Assembly (NCBI GenBank): GCA_011364985.1
Contig: RDOC01000004.1
Coordinates: forward strand, 128,001 to 192,000
Direction of reading: 5' to 3'
DNA length: 64,000 bases
Source: Candidatus Thorarchaeota archaeon
GTDB lineage: Archaea > Asgardarchaeota > Thorarchaeia > Thorarchaeales > Thorarchaeaceae
Under the pieces are notes generated by a model. It saw only the letters and a list, made by a program, of their open reading frames with translations. It was not told where the DNA came from and did not search any database. Positions within the stretch are counted from its first letter, which is position 1, and every line of letters starts with the position of its first letter. The translations under genes and the position numbers were made by a program. Shown in pieces: positions 37,225 through 45,940 of the stretch.

Positions 37225-37315
37225 GAATGTGCTTTAAGAGAGAGTATTATCCGATTATGGTTCAATAGGAAGTAGTCCCATCCAGCTGCAATGTATCTTT
37301 GGACGATGAAGAGTA

Positions 37316-38683
37316 CTAGGGGGTAATTCTGTCTCGGTCTCTTGGTAGAAGAATTGCTTCACGAATATTCTCAATGTCTAGCAGCTGCATGGTCAAACGC
37401 TCCACTCCCAAACCCAGACCACCGTGAGGTGGCGCACCGAATTTGAAAGGATCTAGGTAGAAACTGAAGTCGGCAGGATTGAATCCTTTGACTCGAAACC
37501 GTTCCACCAGCAGGTCATATAGATGAATTCGTTGGCTACCTGTTGTGATCTCCATGCCCTTGTAGGTCAGATCGAAGCTTTCTGTCATCCCTTCGTCTGT
37601 AAGACTTGGCATTGTATAGGCAGGTCTCAACTCCAGCGGATAATGAGTGATGAATACCATTTCTGTACCGAATTTCCTAGGAAATATTTCGCCAAGCAAG
37701 CGCTCACCTTCTGGGTCGACATCATCAGTAATCGACATCTCTTTCCCTTCTTGATTGAGCAAATCAATTACTTTTGCGTACTTAATTCGCTTGAAGGGTA
37801 GTTTCGGAATCTCAAGCTTGACTCCGAGTAGTTCAAGCTCTGCTGCTGCTGCTTGTGCGGTGTTCTTGAATGCGTGACGGAGCATCTTCTCCTCCATTTT
37901 CATGACATCGTCGACATCGCCAATCCATGCCATCTCAAAGTCAAAAGATGTGTACTCATTGATATGACGCCGCGTGTTATGCTTTTCTGCACGGAAGACC
38001 GGGGCAATCTCAAAGACTCGTCCGAACCCAGCCAATAACATGAGTTGCTTGTAGAATTGCGGGCTTTGAGCAAGGTAGGCTTTCTTCTCGAAGTACTTCA
38101 CCTCAAAAAGATTGGCTCCGCCTTCTGTGGCTTCTGCGACAATCTTTGGTGTGTGTATTTCGATAAATCCGTTCCTCTCTAGGAAATCCCTAGCAAACCG
38201 GACTAGTGAATGTTGAATACGGAATATTGCATTAACTGCGGGCTTACGGAGGTCGAGTATTCTATGATTCAAACGAGTGTCTAAATCGATATCGACTTTG
38301 CCTTCGACCACATCAATGGGAAGCCGTTCTGCTGTATTGATTACTTTGATCTTCTTGGGAATCACCTCAGCCCCAGTCGCGACCTGTTTCGCTTCAACAA
38401 CATCCCCACAAACAAGCACTACGTACTCTGGTTTCAGTTCGCCGGAAATTGCAAATACCTCACCAGTGACTTTCTTCTCAGGAATTGTCACCTGAACTAG
38501 TCCGTGTTCGTCTCTGAGGATGAGAAACTTGATTCTTCCCTTGTCCCGAAGGATATGAACCCAACCAAGAAGAGTGACTTCGATACCAGCAAGCGAAGGG
38601 CCAATCTCACTACTGAAATGAGTTCGTTTGTCTTTTCCAAGAGGCTCGACACCGGCTTTCGCATAGAAATCCATAGAATTCAT
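37316..38683 (-). CDS. aspS: aspartate--tRNA ligase (archaeal type)
   Basis: OB-fold [38 protein letters not shown]. Confidence 0.95.
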   Translation of the reverse strand: MNSMDFYAKAGVEPLGKDKRTHFSSEIGPSLAGIEVTLLGWVHILRDKGRIKFLILRDEHGLVQVTIPEKKVTGEVFAISGELKPEYVVLVCGDVVEAKQVATGAEVIPKKIKVINTAERLPIDVVEGKVDIDLDTRLNHRILDLRKPAVNAIFRIQHSLVRFARDFLERNGFIEIHTPKIVAEATEGGANLFEVKYFEKKAYLAQSPQFYKQLMLLAGFGRVFEIAPVFRAEKHNTRRHINEYTSFDFEMAWIGDVDDVMKMEEKMLRHAFKNTAQAAAAELELLGVKLEIPKLPFKRIKYAKVIDLLNQEGKEMSITDDVDPEGERLLGEIFPRKFGTEMVFITHYPLELRPAYTMPSLTDEGMTESFDLTYKGMEITTGSQRIHLYDLLVERFRVKGFNPADFSFYLDPFKFGAPPHGGLGLGVERLTMQLLDIENIREAILLPRDRDRITP

Positions 38684-38829
38684 CTCTTATTCCTAATCAT
38701 CCTGACGAGTCTGCTAGCATTATGAGGCTTTTGGAGTTGGGATTCTTCCGTACATCGTTCTCAAGATCCAAAGAGGAGATGCCTCCGGAATGCTTCCGGA
38801 AACATCAAGATAATAGGATCACGATGTTT

Positions 38830-39063
38830 CTACATCGGCGCAGCGATGAGCTCGTAGACCATCCTTCGCTTATCCCTTCCATGCGTATGCTCTCGGATTA
38901 GACCGAGATCCTTAAGCCTACTGAGTCCGTAGTTCAGAGTCCGCGGAGGTAAGTAGGTTCGTTGAAGCAGGTCTTGCCGGGTCATCCGGTGCCTTGCTTT
39001 AAGAAGCACGTAGAGGAATTTCGCGGAAGGAGGTAAAGCTAAGAACGAGCGTCTGGCAAACAT
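38830..39063 (-). CDS. small winged-helix regulator
   Basis: LPPSAKFLY..L...LPPRTLNYGLSRLKDLGLI. Confidence 0.8.
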   Translation of the reverse strand: MFARRSFLALPPSAKFLYVLLKARHRMTRQDLLQRTYLPPRTLNYGLSRLKDLGLIREHTHGRDKRRMVYELIAAPM

Positions 39064-39201
39064 GATCCCACCGTGAAGTTGTTGCCATAATATCTATGAC
39101 CTCCTTTTTGCTTTCGTTTGATTGTACAGCTCGTCAAAATAAGCATTCCCATTTCATCATTGTGCATAGGCTTTTTCAGTTGAAAGCGCCGTATGTAAGT
39201 T

Positions 39202-39870
39202 ATGTATTCTCTTCAGAATCTCGATATCATTGGATATGATGGTGCGGCAATCCCAAATACATACTTCAAACTGGAAGAGACCGATGAAAAAGCCGCCATT
39301 GTGTTCCCGGGAAGGGGGTACACTTCACAGGGGCCACTCCTACACTATACCATCAGCCTCCTTCTTAAGAATCGCATCAATGTCCTTTCCGTTGATTATC
39401 AGTACTTCAACAATCAGGAATATGAAGCGTTGGACTGGGAAGAGAAACGAAAATGGCTCTTTTACGATGTTGGAGAAGCATTCAAAGCTCTAGTGGATTA
39501 TACGAACAGAGACATTGATATTATGGTGGGCAAATCCCTAGGTACTCTGGCCATGGGATACCTATTAGACAGGTTTACGGCTGCAAGAAGAGCCACCGCA
39601 ATTTGGCACACACCTCTCCTTAAGCAAGCGGAATTAACAAGACAAATCCACAAACATCACCCGAGGTCTCTATTTGTTATAGGTACACGAGATCCCCATT
39701 ACGATGATGAGATTCTTGAAACAGTCAAGAGAGTGACCAGAGGGAAGACACAGGTGATTGAGAATGCGAACCACAGCATGGAAGTGCCAGGGGATGTAGA
39801 GGATTCCATTAATATCATTCTCAGAGTAGTAGATGGTATTAGGAATTTCTTATGGCCGGTGGATAAGTGA
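39202..39870 (+). CDS. alpha/beta hydrolase
   Basis: FPGRGY, GKSLG nucleophile elbow, GTRD, ANH. Confidence 0.88.
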   Translation: MYSLQNLDIIGYDGAAIPNTYFKLEETDEKAAIVFPGRGYTSQGPLLHYTISLLLKNRINVLSVDYQYFNNQEYEALDWEEKRKWLFYDVGEAFKALVDYTNRDIDIMVGKSLGTLAMGYLLDRFTAARRATAIWHTPLLKQAELTRQIHKHHPRSLFVIGTRDPHYDDEILETVKRVTRGKTQVIENANHSMEVPGDVEDSINIILRVVDGIRNFLWPVDK

Positions 39871-39875
39871 GTATC

Positions 39876-41270
39876 TCACTGGGGCTTCCTTAGAATTAAA
39901 ACCCATTCGCCTCTCATTCTTTCTTTCCGAGGTATCTTGATAAAATGCCTAATCAACCCAGAGAAGAAGATCTTCTCCAGCTCGAACCCAACTTCATCTG
40001 ACGTAGCAAGCTCGCCAAGAACCTCCTGAGACGGAATTGGAACACCCCGAATGACGTTATTTCCAATCGCTAGGCAGTAACGAGCTCCTGGGCGAAGAAC
40101 GCGTATCATCTCTTGTAGCTGCATCTTCATGTCACAAAAGAACTTGAAGACAATGAATGATCGACGGGGGTCTTTATCGAATATGGCTTCTAGGAGGGGA
40201 TCAAGTGCTGAGAGACCTGAAACCCTGAGAGACCTGTACTCCTTCTTGTAGACAGTCTCAGTTCCAATGTATTCTCGTTTCATCTTTGACAGAGGCTCAT
40301 CGCCTGCCAGTCCTAACCAGTACATCTCAAGCTGATGCGTTCGAGGGTAATCAACGGCATTAATGTAGGGAGGTGATGTCACAGCCAGGGCGATAGAATC
40401 TGAATCAAGACCTGTGTCTTCTGCCCTTGATTGAGGAAGTCGTACTTCTTTGAATTGCAGTTGACTGCATACCTTGGCAAATTCAATCATCGAATCAATC
40501 TGTTTCTCCAAATTCTCCCTGAATCTACCAATTGTGTTTCCCGGAAGAATAGAACGCTGAAGATTCTGCCTAATCACGGTACGCGTGCAATGAGGATCTG
40601 CATTTGACACATCTCGGATGATAGACGAGAAAATGATCTTGAAAAAATTGGTTATATCAACTTGCTCTTCAGATGATATAGCATTCCCAAGAGGAGAATT
40701 CGGAAGGTCAGAAATGGTAGATCGGATAATGGCAAGCTCCTTGATGACAAAGCTGTGAAACCAATTGTCTTGGTAGTTGAATCTGGGTATATCAGGCTCG
40801 TACCCGGCTGTAAGGTACCTTTCTTGAATTGTCTCGATAAGCCAAGTACTAGCAAGCATCAGTATTTCCGGGTCAATGGGTGTTGTCTTCACCCGTGTGA
40901 TTAGCTGAGCTATGGGGTCAATATCGATGCCAACAGCAAGCCTCTCCATGAGCATGGCTTCAAGAGCAACAGTGCCACTACCACACATTGGGTCAAGTAC
41001 GACTTGCCTTGAATCCGAGTACTTCTCTATAAGATACCTTGGTAGCTCTGGAAAAAACTTGGCAGGAAATCTGTGAATTCCATGGGTTAGGTAGGACTGG
41101 TCCTTACTATAGATGAGGATCTCTGCCTCATTTGGGATATCCACAACAGGATCAATGGTTCCAGAGAACTCCAGTATGGGCATATCTTCTGATGATGCAT
41201 CCGCCTTGGTCGGTTCATCCGGAGCTTCCATCATCTCTGTTTGCATCCTGAATCGTTCAAGAAGCAACAC
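39876..41270 (-). CDS. N4-cytosine/N6-adenine DNA methyltransferase (orphan)
   Basis: THGIHRFPAKF, LDPMCGSGT, VTSPPY. Confidence 0.88.
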   Translation of the reverse strand: MLLLERFRMQTEMMEAPDEPTKADASSEDMPILEFSGTIDPVVDIPNEAEILIYSKDQSYLTHGIHRFPAKFFPELPRYLIEKYSDSRQVVLDPMCGSGTVALEAMLMERLAVGIDIDPIAQLITRVKTTPIDPEILMLASTWLIETIQERYLTAGYEPDIPRFNYQDNWFHSFVIKELAIIRSTISDLPNSPLGNAISSEEQVDITNFFKIIFSSIIRDVSNADPHCTRTVIRQNLQRSILPGNTIGRFRENLEKQIDSMIEFAKVCSQLQFKEVRLPQSRAEDTGLDSDSIALAVTSPPYINAVDYPRTHQLEMYWLGLAGDEPLSKMKREYIGTETVYKKEYRSLRVSGLSALDPLLEAIFDKDPRRSFIVFKFFCDMKMQLQEMIRVLRPGARYCLAIGNNVIRGVPIPSQEVLGELATSDEVGFELEKIFFSGLIRHFIKIPRKERMRGEWVLILRKPQ

Positions 41271-41408
41271 ATCCTCATGCCATTTAAGTGATTATTCAAC
41301 GGAATTCAGCTAATACGGCATTTGACGATTAAGAAACGCGGCTTGCCGGTTATGTTAAATAGGAGAAATGAATTCCTTAAACCTCAATCCCTTTCTTTGA
41401 GTTGAGAG

Positions 41409-41494
41409 TTTCGTGTTCATGATGGCCGGAAGAAAAGAGAAACGCGCCATACTGCTTTCAGATGGCGCACGCTCCAATTATCATGAATTCGAAA
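41409..41494 (+). promoter_or_regulatory. structured 5' leader or small ncRNA candidate
   Basis: nested stems TTTCG/CGAAA, TTCATGAT/ATCATGAA, GCGCCAT/ATGGCGC downstream of a TTAAA box (~41377). Confidence 0.5.
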
Positions 41495-41535
41495 TGACTT
41501 GAAGCTATGGGAGTTACGCAAAGGAGTTACATGCA

Positions 41536-41865
41536 ATGGCAGACCTAAAGAAGATTGGAGACCTACTGGTCCTCCTTGGTGCCCTGATTGGCCTTGTCCA
41601 AGGAATTCTGCTAATCTTTAATATGGCATTCAATTATGTGAACGTCCTTGGAGGATTCCTTGACCCATTGATATTGGGAATCCTTGCAATTCTATTCTCA
41701 CTGATCGCATTGGTGAATTGCGGATTCCTGAAGATCAGTGCCCTCGATTTTGGTAAGACGAACAAGTTCATCGTGATTCTTATAGTTGGCATCCTGATGA
41801 TACTGTTCGCCAGCGACATCGGTGGCATTCTGTGCATTGTGGGCGCAATACTATACCTTCTATAG
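41536..41865 (+). CDS. small 4-TM membrane protein
   Basis: hydrophobic, ends GGILCIVGAILYLL. Confidence 0.8.
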   Translation: MADLKKIGDLLVLLGALIGLVQGILLIFNMAFNYVNVLGGFLDPLILGILAILFSLIALVNCGFLKISALDFGKTNKFIVILIVGILMILFASDIGGILCIVGAILYLL

Positions 41866-41874
41866 ATAAGTAAT

Positions 41875-41920
41875 GCTCATCTCCTGCTTTTACAGGAGAT
41901 GAGTCATCTTTCTTTTTGTT
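41875..41920 (+). terminator. hairpin + T-rich terminator between convergent genes
   Basis: GCTCATCTCCTG-CTTTTA-CAGGAGATGAGT followed by CTTTCTTTTT. Confidence 0.65.
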
Positions 41921-41927
41921 GAAGTAC

Positions 41928-43286
41928 TCATATCGATTCCTTGATTGCACTATCAATACGGTTTACAGCTTCGTCTATGTTCTCCTTCGTAATAATGTAG
42001 CTTGGAGTTAATCTCATGACGTTTTGGCCGGCGCCAAGAACCCATAGCTTTTGTCTTTGCACTGCATTCTTGATGATAGTATCTCGAAGCTTGGGAGCTT
42101 TCTCCTTGGATTTCTTGTCTTTCACAAATTCAATACCAATCATCAAGCCCATCCCACGAACATCGCCAATAACTTCGTGTTTTTCCTTGAGTTCATCCAG
42201 CAGCTTCAGAAAGTATACTCCATTCTCAGCATTCTTTCTGAGATAATCACCATCTTCCATATGTTTGAGAATCCATAGCGAGAGAAGCCCCATCTTGGGC
42301 TCGGCAGAGAAAGTCTCCGAGTGACGTGATGGCCCAGTAAACATGGGCACAGGTCCGATTGACGCTCCCATTGGATATCCTCCACCTATTGCTTTGCCCA
42401 TAGAGATGTAATCGGGAGTAACATCATGATTCTCCATAGAAGTCCACTTCCCTGTGCGTCCCATGCCAGCCTGGACCTCATCGCCCATGAAATAAGCTCC
42501 AAATTCCTTGGCGAGTTTGTAGAAGCCCTGTACAGCCTTGCTCGGAGGCACAATCAGACCACCCTCACCAGCAAGTCCTTCCATTACAACGGCAGCAATA
42601 TCATCACCCTCCACTTGTAGTACATAGCGAAGATACTCCACACACTCAAGATTACAATCCTCAACATTCTGCCCGTAAGGACACCTGTAGCAGTAAGGAT
42701 AAGCAACTCGAATTACATCAACGCCTTGAGGAAATCCGTACTTGTGTCTTGAATTGGAAGCCGTCAAAGCCAAAGCATATCCTGTTCTGCCATGAAAAGC
42801 CGGACGGAAGGCAACAAACCGTTTCTTGCCGGACAAGTCAATTGCAGACTTCATACAACCTTCCACAGCCCTTCCTCCGGAGGTCGTGAAGACAACTCGT
42901 TTCTTGTGGGTACCAGGAGTTATTCGAGATATCTTCTCAGCCAATAGAGTCTGGGGAATCGCATCAAAATCCATGCCTGGCAATTCATGGACGATGTCAA
43001 CAATGCTCATCTCGAAATCCAGATAGGGCTTGTATCTCAGACCGAAAGCGCGGACTGCTACGCCACCAGTCACGTCAAGATATTCGGTTCCTTCGATATC
43101 AAAGATTCTTACGCCTTCGCCTTTGGTGTGGTCCAGACAGCCGTACACATCACGGTCCTGAGTTGTTATGGCAAGTGCATCAGCAGCTCTAGCCTTCCAA
43201 TACTCGTTTGTCATTTTCTTCTCATCTATATCATCAAAACCAAGTTCATGAAGAAGTCGAATGTGCTTGTCATCCATTGAGCTCAC
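41928..43286 (-). CDS. class III PLP aminotransferase (GABA/ornithine type)
   Basis: FHGRT, DEVQAGMGRTG, MGKAIGGG, RGMGLMIG. Confidence 0.92.
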   Translation of the reverse strand: MSSMDDKHIRLLHELGFDDIDEKKMTNEYWKARAADALAITTQDRDVYGCLDHTKGEGVRIFDIEGTEYLDVTGGVAVRAFGLRYKPYLDFEMSIVDIVHELPGMDFDAIPQTLLAEKISRITPGTHKKRVVFTTSGGRAVEGCMKSAIDLSGKKRFVAFRPAFHGRTGYALALTASNSRHKYGFPQGVDVIRVAYPYCYRCPYGQNVEDCNLECVEYLRYVLQVEGDDIAAVVMEGLAGEGGLIVPPSKAVQGFYKLAKEFGAYFMGDEVQAGMGRTGKWTSMENHDVTPDYISMGKAIGGGYPMGASIGPVPMFTGPSRHSETFSAEPKMGLLSLWILKHMEDGDYLRKNAENGVYFLKLLDELKEKHEVIGDVRGMGLMIGIEFVKDKKSKEKAPKLRDTIIKNAVQRQKLWVLGAGQNVMRLTPSYIITKENIDEAVNRIDSAIKESI

Positions 43287-43399
43287 ATCCTGTATGGACT
43301 ACAACCTTGATGCCCTTGCCATCTCATTATTTAATTTGTGATGTCGGCGGATGTGCTGAGAAAAAAGATGATGCAAGCTGAATGCGCTCGTATGATTAT

Positions 43400-43780
43400 C
43401 TAGGATCTGGCCACAAGTAAGATGCCAGCAATCAGAATCATGAAGCCAGCGAGAGTGCCTGCATTCAGCAGCCAACTTACTAGATCAAAACTCACGTTTC
43501 TCAGGACAATGAATATTGAAGAAAGCCCAAAGATTGCCAGAAGTCCACCGCTCTTACGTACTTTCCAGTTTATGAAACCGCATGCGTCGTACGACAAAGC
43601 AACCATTAGTAAGAGAGCAATAGCAATCAATACATCAATCAGGGCATTCACACTTCCACCTAGAAAAGTATTGATTCCGCCCACGAGCATCTGAAGCCCG
43701 ATCACGGTGAGAACTAATCCGCCTAACACTGTGAATCCCTGTGCAGCGCCTTCAGCCTTAAGACCCATTATGTTGACCAT
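43400..43780 (-). CDS. small 4-TM membrane protein (similar architecture to 41536-41865)
   Basis: four hydrophobic helices ending AGFMILIAGILL; start ATG 43780 is likely. Confidence 0.7.
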   Translation of the reverse strand: MVNIMGLKAEGAAQGFTVLGGLVLTVIGLQMLVGGINTFLGGSVNALIDVLIAIALLLMVALSYDACGFINWKVRKSGGLLAIFGLSSIFIVLRNVSFDLVSWLLNAGTLAGFMILIAGILLVARS

Positions 43781-43925
43781 CCATCGGGAGAACGTATTCT
43801 CTTTGCGAATAATCCTTATTGATGGTGATGAGAATAATATAGTTTTCCAAGAATTAGTTAAGTTACGCTCGTAATACACAGGTTCTATTCCAGATGCATA
43901 GGATATCAAATAGGGCTCCTATGAG

Positions 43926-44801
43926 GTGAATATTATTACATACCATAGCCAAGAAAGAGAAGATACAGCAGCCAGACCGGTTCGACTTGATAGAACTGAA
44001 GGGCATGTGATTATTGAGGGAAGGGCCTACCCCGCAAGAGAACTGGTTGAGGCTTTGGCTCAGAGTGGATATGCTGAGCTGAGATCCATGGGAGACTCTC
44101 TTGTTCTAGGAAGAAGAAAGATAACACCTATTTTCAAGTCGAGACAGGAACGAGCAATGGCGGCACTTTGTCATGGAAGTCTGGCCTTTTGCTGCCCTCT
44201 TTCGAAACGGTGCGCTGAGAGAAATAGGGCTCTTGAGATGCTGGGATTGACCCCAGCCGACTATGAACAGATGAAAGGTGAAGCGCATCTCAGGTTTATA
44301 GAATTGGCCAAAGGACATCCTCGCGAATCGCGTTCCTATGAGCCTCTCGGATACAGGACAGCGAATCGACCGGCAGACGATTACGGCTACGGACAGGATG
44401 AATACAGAAGAGACTTTGATTCCCTTGACAGAGCTCTTTCACGAGAAGAGCAAAAGCAAGATAGCCAACGCTCACCATGGTCTTCCGAGTCTGATACTCG
44501 TGGTTCTCAGACTCATTCTGAGTATAATAAACATGAAAGGAGTGATCTGTACTCTGACCTTGGATCGCTCTTCGGCGAACATGCTGGCTCAGGCATCGAA
44601 ATCCCATCTTCAGGAAGAGCATGCAAGACTTGTGGTGATGAGAATATCGAAGGCCTTGGCTCGCTATTCAGTCAGGGCGAACTAAGTCCATTCAGTAGTG
44701 ATCATCGGGACAATCGTGAGGAACGTGCTTTCTGTTTCTCGTGCGGAAGAACATTCAGAGAGGGCACTAAGGTCTGTCCATGGTGTGGAGTCACTCAGTA
44801 G
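43926..44801 (+). CDS. hypothetical protein with a methanogenesis-marker-9-like Cys module and a C-terminal zinc ribbon
   Basis: CHGSLAFCCPLSKRCAERNRALEMLGLTPADYEQMK; FCFSCG...CPWCG. Confidence 0.6.
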   Translation: MNIITYHSQEREDTAARPVRLDRTEGHVIIEGRAYPARELVEALAQSGYAELRSMGDSLVLGRRKITPIFKSRQERAMAALCHGSLAFCCPLSKRCAERNRALEMLGLTPADYEQMKGEAHLRFIELAKGHPRESRSYEPLGYRTANRPADDYGYGQDEYRRDFDSLDRALSREEQKQDSQRSPWSSESDTRGSQTHSEYNKHERSDLYSDLGSLFGEHAGSGIEIPSSGRACKTCGDENIEGLGSLFSQGELSPFSSDHRDNREERAFCFSCGRTFREGTKVCPWCGVTQ

Positions 44802-45826
44802 TTGCCAATAGCACTCTCACGTCTAGTTGAGTAGTCTGCGGGATAACTAAAGGTGGTCATGAACCGCTCAATGCTAGCATCCCTTCCCAATGCCTTCAAT
44901 TCTTGAAGTTGCTCCATGGACACTACTCCCCATCGAAATAGCGAAGCTGTACCACCACGCCGTGTGAACTCGTTAGTGAAATAAAGCGACTCTATTAGCT
45001 CATTATACTCTGCGGAACCGCTGGTCGGAAGAATCGGACTCCACGGATAGAGATTGATAATCACACTTCCTGTAATGTCAAGGATTCCATTGTAGTCATA
45101 ACCGTACTGACCCTTCCCTCCCTCTGAGAAGCCGGTTTCAGGGTCAAGCAATACTTCAACTGAAAGCTTCAGAGGCGTTTCTCTGCCGGTTTTCTCATCT
45201 GATGCTCTTGCTGCTGCTTGCAGGCGCCTAAGACCCTCATTGACCTTGCCAGCCCTCCACTCATGCCACTTGGCATGGTAGTCAGGATTCTCAGTAATAT
45301 ACTCGTATGTGAGCCGAGCTGGTTCCTGATCGACAGTTGGTGCGAACTCGTTTCTGCACCTGTCACAGAAACAGAAGTGGTCACGAATGAATCCAGCGCC
45401 AAAAAGAAGGATCTCATCTATGGGAAAAGCACCGAGCTCACTTACTATTTCTGCACCGTATGCCCAAAACTCCTCCCTGTTAGGACATATTTGGTGAGGC
45501 ATTGGTTCACCTCTGGGCGAAACAGTGTGGTACTTCGGGTCGCGTGCAAACCATCCATCAGTGTAGAAATCCATGCTGGCGACAGTATGAATGTCTAACG
45601 TGTGTGTTAAGTCGACCAGCTCCTGAAAAAGCTGAGTATTCTGCTCCTGCACTGGTGCAATCTTACTTGGAAAATTTACATATCCAGTGGGACCTTTCCC
45701 AACAATCCCTATCGATTCCATGTAAGATGCGTAGGTTGATACGAAATCCTTCGCGGACATGTCAATGTCCCCGGGCTTCAGAAGGATGAGAAGTTTTTGC
45801 ATGAAGAATTCCCTGAAGTTAGACAT
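44795..45826 (-). CDS. glycoside-hydrolase-like TIM-barrel protein with a Cys metal site
   Basis: ICPN, CFCDRCR, WHEWR pattern of GH42/GHL-like families. Confidence 0.6.
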   Translation of the reverse strand: MSNFREFFMQKLLILLKPGDIDMSAKDFVSTYASYMESIGIVGKGPTGYVNFPSKIAPVQEQNTQLFQELVDLTHTLDIHTVASMDFYTDGWFARDPKYHTVSPRGEPMPHQICPNREEFWAYGAEIVSELGAFPIDEILLFGAGFIRDHFCFCDRCRNEFAPTVDQEPARLTYEYITENPDYHAKWHEWRAGKVNEGLRRLQAAARASDEKTGRETPLKLSVEVLLDPETGFSEGGKGQYGYDYNGILDITGSVIINLYPWSPILPTSGSAEYNELIESLYFTNEFTRRGGTASLFRWGVVSMEQLQELKALGRDASIERFMTTFSYPADYSTRRESAIGNY

Positions 45827-45940
45827 TTTTCCGACTCCGGCAACGTCAATGGTCTTGTATCTGCCCTTTAGCGTTTTCCCATGTGTCCTCTATAAGAATT
45901 TCTTGGGGATACTCGCAGCATTTCCCGTTGCTACACCTTC

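Noticed and set aside
38784-38800. TCCGGAA-TGC-TTCCGGA inverted repeat upstream of aspS
   Set aside because: A single short palindrome; it cannot be distinguished from a terminator of the small wHTH gene or from chance
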